From NCBI GenBank assembly GCA_021775715.1, contig JAJFHI010000122.1:1-59981 (forward strand): a stretch of 59,981 nt of DNA, read 5' to 3'. Both the position numbers and the translations under genes were made by a program. This DNA is from Hyphomicrobiaceae bacterium. GTDB taxonomy: Bacteria; Pseudomonadota; Alphaproteobacteria; Rhizobiales; Hyphomicrobiaceae. The notes beneath the pieces are model-generated. The model was given only the letters and a program-made list of their open reading frames with translations. It was not told the origin of the DNA and searched no databases. The number at the start of each line of letters is the position of its first letter. Within the stretch, counting starts at the first letter, position 1. This document shows, in pieces, positions 1 through 9,292 of the stretch.

Positions 1-398
1 GGATCGGGGTAGCGTGCCTCGATCTGCTTGCCCAACTGATCGACGGTTTCCTTGGCGAGCGCTGCGTTAACACCGGAAAAATCCCCGTCGGCAATCTGCT
101 CGGAGAATTGCATGATGTTTTTGCCATCCTCGATGAGGCCGTTGGCAAAAGCCTGATCGTCTTCGCTGAGCACGTTATCCGCAACATGTTCTTTAAATGC
201 TTCCGTGACGAGTTGCTGCTCGTCTTTGTTCAACGTCTCCATGACATTGGCGAGGGGTGACGCGTCCGCCGCCAGCGTGGTTGCAGGGACCAGCGCCCAA
301 AGCCAGGCGGTACAGACAAAGACAATCGGCGTGGGCAACCTGAAGAGCACGGATCTATCGAGCGCAAAATAAAATAAGTTTCTATAACGTGGCCTCAT
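1..398 (-). CDS. hypothetical secreted protein (C-terminus runs off the window)
   Basis: Absent from the ORF track because the window edge cuts it. The reverse complement reads GGAGG, 8 nt, then ATG (396..398), then MRPRYRNLFYFALDRSVLFRLPTPIVFVCTAWLWALVPATTLAADASPL... This is a hydrophobic, signal-peptide-like N-terminus, and the frame stays open to position 1. Confidence 0.5.
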   Translation of the reverse strand, partial: MRPRYRNLFYFALDRSVLFRLPTPIVFVCTAWLWALVPATTLAADASPLANVMETLNKDEQQLVTEAFKEHVADNVLSEDDQAFANGLIEDGKNIMQFSEQIADGDFSGVNAALAKETVDQLGKQIEARYPD

Positions 399-696
399 GG
401 TCTCGGCCTCCGGTAGAAATGAATGCAATAATTGTGCACCAGCAGCTTGCGCTCACGCAATAGAAATCCGTACTAATCTAACTTTTCGTTATCGGGTCAG
501 AAACTCGTTTGGCCTCGCGTCCAACGGGAATTAATGACAACAGTTTTTATAAGATTACGATTGTGCGGCTGGCCTTTTAGTTAAAGTCGTTCAGGCGGTC
601 AGTCGAAGGGGAAAGATGTTATCACCGCCGCAACGCAAATCGATGTGTTCCCAAACAGATCGCATTTCAGTTGACCTCGCCGGCATGCCAACCTCT

Positions 697-725
697 GTCT
701 GTCTCATAGGCCATGATGGGGAACA
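697..725 (+). repeat. solo IS3-family terminal inverted repeat (right-end orientation, family 1)
   Basis: gtctgtctcataggccatgatggggaaca is the reverse complement of the IRL type TGT(T/A)(C/T)CCCGTCAT..CCTATGAGACAGAC. That IRL precedes an IS3 orfA at 26250..26283. No transposase body is attached here. Confidence 0.6.
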
Positions 726-931
726 CTTGACAGAAGCGCCCGCTTCGGCGCCAGCCCCCATGGCCGGTTATGGCCCATCGCGTCTGATGTGCAATGTCCA
801 CTCTTAGATGCAGTTCTGTAATTCCATGATGCAACTGCCAGAGCTAATTTACGGGTGCCGCCATGTCCGCTTTCTCTGCAAAGGGGCTCTCTGATGGATC
901 GAATTGGTGCAAGCTGCCTACGGTCAGTATA

Positions 932-969
932 GGCCCAACGCGTCTATCGAGATCGGGCACCAATCATTC
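932..969 (+). repeat. 38-bp fragment of an IS6-family transposase gene
   Basis: ggcccaacgcgtctatcgagatcgggcaccaatcattc is identical to 5224..5261, which lies inside a recognisable IS6 transposase N-terminal pseudogene. Confidence 0.6.
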
Positions 970-1085
970 TACGGAAACGAGAAAGGATCAAACGAAAGAC
1001 GTTCGAGAAGCGACGCTTGCAATACAGAAAAGCAGCCACATAATCTAGACAACCAGACGAGCTCGATACTCCGTTAAATCAGGCG

Positions 1086-1147
1086 CCTATCTGTTACAAT
1101 TTATATGACGACGCACAAGTCTGTCTCATAGGCCAGGACGGGGAACA
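1086..1147 (+). repeat. two abutting IS3-type right-end inverted repeats (family 2b 1086..1117, family 1 1119..1147)
   Basis: cctatctgttacaatttatatgacgacgcaca resembles the IRRs at 23257..23289, 23445..23479 and 5487..5515. It is followed immediately by gtctgtctcataggccaggacggggaaca, a family-1 IRR like 697..725. Confidence 0.55.
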
Positions 1148-1363
1148 CGAGCAGCAGCTATGAACAGGCGGGATACCGTGACTGCTGCGGCGTGAAACAC
1201 AGCCACCTTGTCCATTATCGCGCTGTACACGAGTTAACGTGACAATGCCCTCGCCAGATAGAACTTCATTCTTACCTTGAAGAAAATTCGTAATTCGCGA
1301 CCCTGTTTTGATGCTTGAGATGCGACCGATATCTTGATATTCCCTGACGGACAGAGGTCTCAA

Positions 1364-2614
1364 ATGAGCGAAGCACTACAACCAGGTTCGGCGATCGTTG
1401 TCGGTGGTTCCATCGGCGGCCTTGTTACGGGGCTGTATTTGCTCAAAGCAGGATGGGATGTCCAAGTCTACGAGCGTGTTCCTGCCGAACTCTCTGGAAG
1501 AGGCGCTGGCATCGTCACTCATGACGCGTTGTTCGCTGCGCTCGAAGGCGTTGGCATCGACACAACCATTGAGTTGGGAATTCGCGTTCCAGGCAGGCGA
1601 ACATTTGACCGCAACGGACGCGCTAATGGCGCACATGAACTCGACCAGATGCTGACTTCGTGGGGGCGAGTTTTTGAAGTTTTGCACGGAGCGTTCCCCG
1701 AAAACCGATACCATCTTGGAAAACAATTCTCACGTTGCGAGGACGATGGGAAGAAAGTCGTCGGTCACTTCGAAGATGGCTCGAAGGTGACAGGCGATCT
1801 GTTAATCGCAGCTGATGGCTTTCGCTCGCAAACGCGAGCCCAATTCGAACCTGACTGCGAACCCGAATATGCCGGTTATATTGCCTGGCGGGGCCTGGTT
1901 CAGGAAAACGAACTTTCGGACCAGGTCCTGCACGAGATGTTTCCTTATTTCACCTTTTGTCTACCTCCCGGTGAACAGATCTTGGGCTACCCTGTGGCAG
2001 GGAACGGAAACAATATTGAGCCAGGACACAGGCGTTACAATTTCGTATGGTATCGTCCAGCTGATGCGGCCAATCGGCTGCAATGGCTGCTTACCGATAT
2101 TGATGGGAATTGCAACGGTGTTTCTATAGCGCCGAACCGCATTCGGCCCGCAGTGATAACGGACATGCGAACCGCAGCCGACCGTCTGCTTGCCCCTCAA
2201 TTTGCGGAGCTCATAACCAAAACGAAAGAACCATTTATTCAGCCCATTTACGATTTGGGGGTTTCAAATATGGCGTACGGTCGGGTAGCAATTCTCGGAG
2301 ACGCTGCATTTGTTGCGCGACCTCATGTAGGAATGGGAGTTACGAAGGCTGCGACCGATGCTGTCTGCCTGGCAAAATGTCTTTCTAACGGGGTTGATAT
2401 CGAAACATCGTTGAAAACTTTTGAACGGTTGCGATTGCCGATTGGCCAAAAAATAGTTCAGCGCGCTCGACATCTCGGCGCCTATATGCAGGCTCAACAA
2501 AAAACCGACGAAGAAATGCGGCTTGCTGAAAAACACAGAACCCCAGCCGCCGTCATGACTGAGACGGCAACAGTTGACTTTCTGGATACTCCCGCAAAAT
2601 GGAATAACAAATAA
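1364..2614 (+). CDS. FAD-dependent monooxygenase (aromatic/pyridine-ring hydroxylase-like)
   Basis: The N-terminal dinucleotide fold reads SAIVVGGSIGGLVTGLYLLKAGWDVQVYER. The DG motif reads LLIAADGFRSQTR. The C-terminal FAD contact reads GRVAILGDAAFVARPHVGMGVTKA. The start is moved to the ATG at 1364, which is preceded by AGAGG. Confidence 0.8.
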   Translation: MSEALQPGSAIVVGGSIGGLVTGLYLLKAGWDVQVYERVPAELSGRGAGIVTHDALFAALEGVGIDTTIELGIRVPGRRTFDRNGRANGAHELDQMLTSWGRVFEVLHGAFPENRYHLGKQFSRCEDDGKKVVGHFEDGSKVTGDLLIAADGFRSQTRAQFEPDCEPEYAGYIAWRGLVQENELSDQVLHEMFPYFTFCLPPGEQILGYPVAGNGNNIEPGHRRYNFVWYRPADAANRLQWLLTDIDGNCNGVSIAPNRIRPAVITDMRTAADRLLAPQFAELITKTKEPFIQPIYDLGVSNMAYGRVAILGDAAFVARPHVGMGVTKAATDAVCLAKCLSNGVDIETSLKTFERLRLPIGQKIVQRARHLGAYMQAQQKTDEEMRLAEKHRTPAAVMTETATVDFLDTPAKWNNK

Positions 2615-2624
2615 GGAAAGTGGC

Positions 2625-3722
2625 ATGGCACGCCTGACAGATACGATCACAGTCGGTGAATTTTCCTTAAAGAACCGAATATTTATGGCCCCCCTTACTC
2701 GATGCCGAGCCGGTGACGGTGACGTGCCAGTCCCAATAAATGTCGAATATTATCGACAGCGTGCAAGTGCCGGTCTGATCGTCACTGAAGCCACCAATAT
2801 TAGCCAGATGTCCTGTGCTTTTGAGCACGCTCCTGGGATTTATTCCGACGCCCAGGTTGCCGGCTGGAAACCCGTTGCCGACGCGGTTCACGCAAATGAT
2901 GGACGAATTTTCGTGCAACTTTGGCATTGCGGTCGTGTCGGTTCCTCCGCGATCTTGGGGGGACAGGATCCAATCGGGCCCTCAGCCGTCAATGATGATC
3001 TCGGTGCACTTCAGGTGTACGGCCTTATGGCTAACGGGGTCTACGCGCAGATCGCAGCCACGCCATCACGAGCAATGACTGTGGACGAGATCAAATCAAC
3101 CATCGAGGAATACCGGATGGGTGCAGCCAACGCGATCAACGCGGGTTTTGATGGAGTCGAGTTACATGCGGCCAACGGTTATCTCATCCACCAATTCTTA
3201 TCGCCAACCATGAACATTCGCGACGACAGCTATGGCGGATCGGTCGAAAATAGGGGTCGGTTTTTACGTGACATTTTGGAGGCGTTATCGGGCGTCATTC
3301 CGATGTCCAGAGTCGGTGTGCGCATTTCACCATTTGCGGCTTACAACAACACGCGTGATCCTGATCCCGTGGAAACCTACAGTTATGTTTGTAGGATGTT
3401 GGATGAAATGGGCGTTGTTTATACGCATATCGCCGATACAAATGCTTGGCCAGCAGAGCCCGATATGGATGAAATCCTAGCTATTGTTCGACCCAACTAC
3501 TCCGGCATCGTTATCGGCAATGCGGGAATGACACCGCAACAGGCTGAGCAACGAGTCGGGTCTGGTGATCTTGATGCCGTCGCCTTCGGCCGGATGTTTA
3601 TCAGCAATCCCGATCTGCCCGAGCGGATTGCACAACAAGGTCCCTATAACGACTTACGGTATGTGGGATTCTATGGCGGCACTGCCGATGGCTATACCGA
3701 CTATCCATTCCTGGACGAGTAA
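2625..3722 (+). CDS. NADH:flavin oxidoreductase, Old Yellow Enzyme family (NemA-like)
   Basis: OYE hallmarks are FSLKNRIFMAPLTRCRA, GFDGVELHAANGYLIHQFLS, VGVRISP and AFGRMFISNPDLPERI. The start at ATG 2625 is preceded by AAGGAAAG. It lies 11 bp after the upstream gene. Confidence 0.85.
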   Translation: MARLTDTITVGEFSLKNRIFMAPLTRCRAGDGDVPVPINVEYYRQRASAGLIVTEATNISQMSCAFEHAPGIYSDAQVAGWKPVADAVHANDGRIFVQLWHCGRVGSSAILGGQDPIGPSAVNDDLGALQVYGLMANGVYAQIAATPSRAMTVDEIKSTIEEYRMGAANAINAGFDGVELHAANGYLIHQFLSPTMNIRDDSYGGSVENRGRFLRDILEALSGVIPMSRVGVRISPFAAYNNTRDPDPVETYSYVCRMLDEMGVVYTHIADTNAWPAEPDMDEILAIVRPNYSGIVIGNAGMTPQQAEQRVGSGDLDAVAFGRMFISNPDLPERIAQQGPYNDLRYVGFYGGTADGYTDYPFLDE

Positions 3723-3785
3723 GACGATGTAGAAACGCGTGTCAACTAAACCCGATACTTTTCGTCCGCACGCTCTCATTTTGAC

Positions 3786-3842
3786 TGTTCCCCGTCATCA
3801 CCTATGAGACAGACTGAGGTGCTTTACTAAGGGAGATTTTCT
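3786..3842 (+). mobile_element. IS3-family left end (IRL plus leader), truncated
   Basis: tgttccccgtcatcacctatgagacagactgaggtgctttactaagggagattttctg aligns with 26250..26305, which is the IRL and leader of the IS3 orfA copy. No orfA follows here. Confidence 0.6.
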
Positions 3843-3897
3843 GTCCCATCTTCGCTCCTTGAGGGGCTACGATGTCCCAGAAACTACCCTTACTGAT

Positions 3898-4122
3898 TCA
3901 CGCTAATCTGTCCGGTTGGTGATGACGGCATACAGACCTGCCGGTTGCTTTCGGAACAGCGCCAGCAAAGCAAAGTGCAACCAAATTCAGCTCATCACTG
4001 AACGTATCGATGACACGGATCGGATTGTTCTCGCCGACCCAGTCTTCCAGACAGTCCGGCAACAACGTCGCCTGTTGGCGACCCGCACCCTCAATAAACC
4101 GCTTCATCTGACCCTCCATCAC
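3898..4122 (-). pseudogene. IS1182/IS5-type transposase, N-terminal fragment
   Basis: MKRFIEGAGRQQATLLPDCLEDWVGENNPIRVIDTFSDELNLVALCFAGAVPKATGR matches the conserved N-terminal (DUF772-type) region of IS1182-like transposases as I recall it. The ORF stops after 74 aa. Confidence 0.55.
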
Positions 4123-4433
4123 AAAAGGATACAGAAATCATAACAGCGTTCGCGTTTTTATACAGCCAGGGTCATTATGCGAAATTTGCAGTTGAGTACA
4201 ATACGACGGCTGCACCTCCAACAGCGGCAATCTCGCTTGTTGGCTTTCAGCTCGTACCTCGACAGCGGCCTTAGCATGCTCCTCGCGCGTGTTCGGGGGA
4301 CTCAGACGCTGATTTCAAGCGCAATTGCCATAACAACCTCCAGTATCAATCCCTCGCTTGCCTCCCCCACCAACCCTGCTACCCTCCGGCTCCAACAACA
4401 AAACAAACCCGCAACAAACCTGAGGATTTGCCT

Positions 4434-4991
4434 ATGGGCGACATATTGAAAGAAGTGCTGGCGGCGAACGAAGCTTATGCAAAAGACTTCGGCGACAAGG
4501 CAAATCTGGCGATGCCTCCGGCGCGCAAGTTTGCGGTGCTGACCTGCATGGATGCGCGCCTTGATCCCGCGAAGTTTGCAGGCCTCGCCGAAGGTGACGC
4601 GCACGTCATCCGCAATGCGGGCGGCCGCGCCAGCGATGATGCAATTCGTTCGCTCGTGATTTCACATAAACTGCTCGGCACCAATGAATGGTTCGTCATC
4701 CATCACACCGACTGCGGCATGGAAACGTTCACTGACGAGATCATGCGCGACCTGCTGGCCAGCAGTCTTGATACCGCGACGATTGACGAGAACGGCTGGC
4801 GTGATGTCGGCAAGGGTCCCGGTTCACACGAAGGTCAGTTTGTTGATTGGCTCACGATCAAAGACCTAAAAGAGAGCGTGCAGACGGACGTTGCGCGCAT
4901 CAAGGCTCACTCGCTGGTTTCTAAAGACATCCCCGTGCACGGCTACATCTACGACTGCAAGTCCGGTAGATTGGAAAAAGTGAGCGCGTAA
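4434..4991 (+). CDS. beta-class carbonic anhydrase
   Basis: The zinc-ligand context is [10 protein letters not shown] ... [26 protein letters not shown] ... VIHHTDCGM. The ATG at 4434 lies 8 nt after TGAGGA. Confidence 0.8.
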   Translation: MGDILKEVLAANEAYAKDFGDKANLAMPPARKFAVLTCMDARLDPAKFAGLAEGDAHVIRNAGGRASDDAIRSLVISHKLLGTNEWFVIHHTDCGMETFTDEIMRDLLASSLDTATIDENGWRDVGKGPGSHEGQFVDWLTIKDLKESVQTDVARIKAHSLVSKDIPVHGYIYDCKSGRLEKVSA

Positions 4992-5113
4992 CAACTCCAC
5001 CGCTGGCTAGTTTTCGCAGGTGGTCTAAAGCGCGCCGTGTTGTTCCAGCTCCGCGTTGGGTGTTGTCACGCTAACTCACCCAACCAGCTGGACCCATGTG
5101 CTAACGATATCCG

Positions 5114-5408
5114 ATGAGCAGTTCTTTCTATCGTCGCCATTGCTTCCCGATCGCTGTGATCCAGCAAGCAGTTTGGCTGTACTTTCGCTTTCCTCTGAGC
5201 CTGCGCGATGTCGAAGATATGTTGGCCCAACGCGTCTATCGAGATCGGGCACCAATCATTCCGGTTTTGTGGAAAAAGCGGCTGTGACACCGATTGTCTG
5301 CAATGGCGCACCCAGCGCAGGCATTTCGGTGCATGCGGGCAGAGGGACAGAAAGAGGGACCGTAACGTTCGGGTCAAAAAAACACAACGCGATTTCAACA
5401 TCTTATAA
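5114..5408 (+). pseudogene. IS6-family transposase, frameshifted N-terminal remnant
   Basis: From ATG 5114 the frame reads MSSSFYRRHCFPIAVIQQAVWLYFRFPLSLRDVEDMLAQR. After a 1-nt frame slip it continues (G)IEIGHQSFRFCGKSG. This is the IS6/IS6100-type pattern AVWLY.RF.LS.RDVE..LA.RGI.V....IR.W..KFG. The ORFs 5056..5538(+) and 5066..5497(-) over it are artefacts. Confidence 0.65.
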
Positions 5409-5486
5409 CAGAGTTCGAATCCCACACCCTCCGCCAGCACATACTTTCCACATAAAAATCCGACTGGCTCTTGCAACTTCACCCCA

Positions 5487-5515
5487 GCGCATTTCAATTT
5501 ATGTGACTACGCACA
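5487..5515 (+). repeat. solo IS3-type inverted-repeat-like sequence (family 2b)
   Basis: gcgcatttcaatttatgtgactacgcaca resembles 1086..1117 (..ctgttacaatttatatgacgacgcaca). Confidence 0.4.
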
Positions 5516-5602
5516 GCGACCGACATCAGCGCTTATAGAACATTTTGGAGTCATTGCATAAAAGAGTGTTTTGGGCTCATCGTCACCAATCAGGAGTGAA
5601 CG

Positions 5603-5745
5603 ATGGGACACCCAACAGAACGCAACCAGGAAGCCGCAGAGCGCGCGGTGAAAGACATCCGTCGCAAGACACGCAAACGGTATTCATCTGAAGAGAAGAT
5701 ACGGATTGTCCTTGCAGGGCTGCGCGGTGAGCACAGCGTCGCCTC
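5603..5745 (+). pseudogene. IS3-family OrfA, N-terminal fragment
   Basis: MGHPTERNQEAAERAVKDIRRKTRKRYSSEEKIRIVLAGLRGEHSVAS parallels MTKRPEPRETAERHVKDIRRKTRRKFSSEEKIRIVLEGLRGEYSIAELCRREGI at 26337. Similarity is lost after about 47 codons. Confidence 0.65.
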
Positions 5746-5867
5746 CTACTCGATCGAGCGGAACGGTGTTAGACTGCCGCTCTGGCAAGCCAAACGGGGA
5801 ATGTTGGATGATAAACGCGACTGGAGCCTTCCGACCGGGCTCGGATTATCAGATAAAGGAAACCCGC

Positions 5868-6983
5868 GTGACACAGCGTACTCAGGACTATCGGGAACTC
5901 CTGCCCTATCTGAGATGCCCGGCGTGCGGCGATCATCGCCTCAAGCCCGCCCCATCAAGGGATCGGCCGAGGGTTTCAAGCATCGCGTTGTCGGACGAGG
6001 CGCTGGAATGCGAGGCCTGTGCCGAATCCTATCCCGTCTCGGTTGAAGGCATCCCGTTGATGTGGAGTGTTGGATTGCGGGCCGTTCTCGTTGAGGGCGA
6101 CGCGATGGATGCTCCTGACTCGCATTCGACATTGGCGTCGAATGTCGAAGTCTACGACGAGATTTCAGATCATTACATCCAGTTCATCCGGCAGGATATC
6201 CAAAGCAAGTCGCGTATCCTGGCGGCGTTCGATACGGTCGACGCGGCCCCCGGCAACGATGAGCGAGGTCAGCGGCTCCATGTCGATTTCGGATGCGGCC
6301 CTGGAAATGTTCTGATCTGGAGCGAGGACTGGGCCAAGGAGCGCAACTGTCGGCGCATCGGGCTCGATGTCAGTATTCGCAACCTGCAGAACGTGCTCAA
6401 ACGCACCGACGCCTTAGTGGTCCTCGGTGACGCGACCTGCATGCCGTTCAGAGACGGGATTGCGTCGGTCGTTTCGGAGGCGTCCGTGCTTCACCATATA
6501 ATGGACTGGAAGGCGGTCATTTCGGAAACTTGTAGGATCAGCAACGAGAATGCTGTGATACTGCTTGACAACGAGCCGTCGAAAGAGGGGCTCGACTGGG
6601 GGTGGCTTGCCCGGACAGTGTTCGAATCCCGGTTCGTCTACTACTGGTTTCTCTCGTATTTCTCTCCCAAACACAGGAATTTCCGCAATCCACGTCTTGC
6701 CAAGCTCAACTACTATGAGGCGGAGTGCCACAATCAACCCGGACTAGGCTTTGATCCGGACGAGATCGAGTGCACATTTGAAGCATCTGGTTTTCGAGCT
6801 AGGATTCTCCGGCGCTGCGGTGCCGTTCTGGAAACAGGATCGGGGACGAACTCCTACAAGACCAACATCCTGCTCGCGTTGAGCGGCAAGAACTGGAAAG
6901 ATCCGCGCTACGGAATCCTGACCATGGTTGCGCGGCCAGCTTTGGCGGACAGGAAGGATAGCACGCGGAAACTCATTGGTTGA
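5868..6983 (+). CDS. class I SAM-dependent methyltransferase with N-terminal Trm112-like zinc ribbon
   Basis: The zinc ribbon reads LRCPACGDHRL...LECEACAESYPVSVEGIPLM. SAM motif I reads LHVDFGCGPGN, followed by the acidic-loop residues LGDATCMPF. The start is placed at GTG 5868, 5 nt after AAGGAAA. The longer ORF from 5706 would read through the IS3 fragment. Confidence 0.7.
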   Translation: MTQRTQDYRELLPYLRCPACGDHRLKPAPSRDRPRVSSIALSDEALECEACAESYPVSVEGIPLMWSVGLRAVLVEGDAMDAPDSHSTLASNVEVYDEISDHYIQFIRQDIQSKSRILAAFDTVDAAPGNDERGQRLHVDFGCGPGNVLIWSEDWAKERNCRRIGLDVSIRNLQNVLKRTDALVVLGDATCMPFRDGIASVVSEASVLHHIMDWKAVISETCRISNENAVILLDNEPSKEGLDWGWLARTVFESRFVYYWFLSYFSPKHRNFRNPRLAKLNYYEAECHNQPGLGFDPDEIECTFEASGFRARILRRCGAVLETGSGTNSYKTNILLALSGKNWKDPRYGILTMVARPALADRKDSTRKLIG

Positions 6984-7092
6984 GTACGACGGCGCCAAAC
7001 TGAACCACTACCGGCTGACGCCGGTAGGTTTACGTTTTGGGGCTGGACAGGGGAACACACGTGGACCAATTCAGCTGGGGAAGATCACTGCG

Positions 7093-8064
7093 TCAACCAC
7101 CAGACACTCGGCCGCCACCTGGAAAAATAAGAAACACTGCGCCTCCGGCGAGGGTACCCAAGATGCTTGTCACAGATACCAGGGCGCCTAGTGCTGTGCC
7201 CTGTTCGAACGGCACGCCGACGGTTTGAAACAGCAATGCGAAGCTCACCTCGCGGACTCCGACACCTCCGAGCGACAGGGGTAGCATTGTAATTATCCAT
7301 ACCGCGGGAACGAACACGAGATAGGCCCAGTCCGGAGCGGTTATGCCGATGGCATGACCGAGTAGCCAGGCGCTCAATACGGCCAGACCGTGTACGACAA
7401 GCGACAACGCTATGGCCACGGCTACTGTCCGAACATCGGCAAAGGCAAACTGCAAACCGCGCAGCGTGTCGGCGGTGGCAGTGCGTATCTTCAGCCAACC
7501 AACCGCGGGCGCGCCTTGGATTTGTGGGCGTGCGAACCGCTCCAGAGGTGGAATGAGCACGTGCATCAATGGCACTGCTATGAACGCTCCTAGACAGAAC
7601 ACGAGCGTCGGCCACATAAACCCGGTGTCTTCGCGGAGGCTTGCGATAGCGACGATCCCGGGAAGGGCGAGAAGGCCAATTGACAGGGTCCCATAAATGC
7701 GGTCCGCAAAGAGACTAGCGAGGACGCGGTCTATTGATGTCCGGCTGCTGGATTTCAGCATCAGACCGCGTACGACATCACCACCATGCGCGGAAGGAAG
7801 CCCGAGCGCTGTGACCTGGCTGATCAGCGTGATTCGTACTGCCTCGAGGAGCGGGACGTTCGCGCCGGCGTGCTCCAGCATTAGATGCCAGCGCCAGGCT
7901 GCAATGGGAATGCCCGCCAGCATGAGCAGACTTGCGACCGTGACCGTTAGCCCGTCTATTCGACTGACAACGTGGGCGATTTTGTTGAGGTCAAGCGTGA
8001 GCGCAAGTACAGCGACGATAGTGAGGGCGACCGCCAGCCGAACGACGATTGTAATGGGCCGCAT
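7093..8064 (-). CDS. lysylphosphatidylglycerol-synthase-TM-like (flippase-like, UPF0104) membrane protein
   Basis: 323 aa with about 8 hydrophobic segments. The N-terminus IVAVLALTLDLNKIAHVVSRIDGLTVTVASLLMLAGIPIAAWRWHLML is typical of the PF03706-type proteins that accompany GT2 enzymes. The family is assigned from memory. Confidence 0.55.
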   Translation of the reverse strand: MRPITIVVRLAVALTIVAVLALTLDLNKIAHVVSRIDGLTVTVASLLMLAGIPIAAWRWHLMLEHAGANVPLLEAVRITLISQVTALGLPSAHGGDVVRGLMLKSSSRTSIDRVLASLFADRIYGTLSIGLLALPGIVAIASLREDTGFMWPTLVFCLGAFIAVPLMHVLIPPLERFARPQIQGAPAVGWLKIRTATADTLRGLQFAFADVRTVAVAIALSLVVHGLAVLSAWLLGHAIGITAPDWAYLVFVPAVWIITMLPLSLGGVGVREVSFALLFQTVGVPFEQGTALGALVSVTSILGTLAGGAVFLIFPGGGRVSGG

Positions 8065-8415
8065 GCCTTATTAATGCTCCTTGCCGAAGCGCCCGTTAGT
8101 GGGCGGTGGCCCACCTTGGTATTGGTTTTGAGCGCGGCGCGCACGGTAATGTCTAGATTGGATCCTGGCGTTGTTGTTAGGCGAAGGCTGCTTGTTGTGC
8201 AAGCCTACCGTCTAATCACACGCCCCCAGCGACTAAGGGCTTGCTTCTTTTTCGCCTGTATTTTGTGCGCGAACCGCGCCCAAGACCAAACTTCATTGCG
8301 CGTCGAAGCATAGGAGATATGAATCATGAACGAGCGCACGACTTAGGCGTCCGTTCGTAATACGTGTAAAAAGTTATAGTATGCTCCAGGGGCGTTGATT
8401 GTCGAACAGATTGGA

Positions 8416-9264
8416 TCACCCATTGGCCGAAAATGAACGCCTGCGTCCCTCGTAGAACTCCTGCGGGCTTGAGGGAGGCTCGTTGCCAAAACCCAGAAGC
8501 CGACGCGTTTCGGATGACAGGTCTGGCTTAGCACCCACGGATCGCGGCAGATCGATTTGTTGTCGAATGAAAGGAAGGGTGTATACGTGGTTCACCGCAC
8601 GTCGCACATTTGATGTCGTGTTCACGCCGCCAGAATGATAGAGCATGCAGTCCAACACGAGGAACGATCCCGCTTGGCAAACGACAGGCTGTGACAGGGA
8701 ATGGACGACCGCTTCTGACGGAAAAATTTCCATCTTGTGTGAACCAGGTATAACAATCGTCGCCCCATTCTCCATTGTGAACGGCTCGACGCAGTAGAGC
8801 GCATTTATTGCCAGTGGTCGGCTTGATACAAAATGCTGATAGGGCAGATCGCGATGGAATGCCCCCTGATTGTAGTTCTCTCTACTTCCCGGATTGATGA
8901 TTCCGTTTTGCTGATTGAGAACAAATGCGCCGTCACAATGCCTACCTCTGAATACCAGTGCTGCCAGCGCCAGAATATTTGCGTTTGAGGCCAACTCGAC
9001 GAATTCATCATCATACAATAGCGGGGCACGGATGGTGTTGTGTTCCTCCAGTCTGCGCAAAACGTTGTGACCGCCATGAAGTTCGGCTTGCGTTTCAAGA
9101 GCCGAATTGAACGCCTCGCTGATTATATTCTGTTTCTCGGCAGAATATCCGCTTTCAACGACCGCAAATCCGACTAGTTGCAGTTTTTCGAAGGTCTGAT
9201 CAAGATCTGTGCCCTGAGCGACCCGTTCCTTAATACCGTAACTGCGAAAAGTTGATCCAGTCAT
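8416..9264 (-). CDS. phytanoyl-CoA dioxygenase (PhyH) family Fe(II)/2-oxoglutarate oxygenase
   Basis: GAFHRDLPYQ supplies the HxD iron ligands. IVIPGSHK and a distal H in LYHSGGVNTTSNVRRAVNHVY give a PhyH-type layout. Confidence 0.65.
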   Translation of the reverse strand: MTGSTFRSYGIKERVAQGTDLDQTFEKLQLVGFAVVESGYSAEKQNIISEAFNSALETQAELHGGHNVLRRLEEHNTIRAPLLYDDEFVELASNANILALAALVFRGRHCDGAFVLNQQNGIINPGSRENYNQGAFHRDLPYQHFVSSRPLAINALYCVEPFTMENGATIVIPGSHKMEIFPSEAVVHSLSQPVVCQAGSFLVLDCMLYHSGGVNTTSNVRRAVNHVYTLPFIRQQIDLPRSVGAKPDLSSETRRLLGFGNEPPSSPQEFYEGRRRSFSANG

Positions 9265-9292
9265 TCAGAAAACTCCCATCTGGTTAGTGAAC

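Noticed and set aside
5056-5538. Long ORFs on both strands (5056..5538 +, 5066..5497 -) between the carbonic anhydrase gene and the IS3 fragment.
   Set aside because: Both run across the frameshifted IS6 transposase remnant in wrong frames. Their translations are low-complexity, with no motifs.
5706-5867. The longest form of the methyltransferase ORF starts at 5706. This would create an IS3-OrfA/methyltransferase overlap or fusion.
   Set aside because: The first 54 codons are an alternative frame of the IS3 orfA fragment. A GTG at 5868 with an AAGGAAA RBS sits just before the conserved zinc ribbon.
7085-8313. Several 60-176-aa ORFs in other frames or on the other strand of the flippase-like gene. 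Similar ORFs lie within 15.5-16.4 kb, 37.4-41 kb and narK/narG/narH.
   Set aside because: These are Arg/Pro/Ser-rich shadow ORFs, typical of GC-rich coding DNA. Each is fully contained in a gene with strong family motifs.
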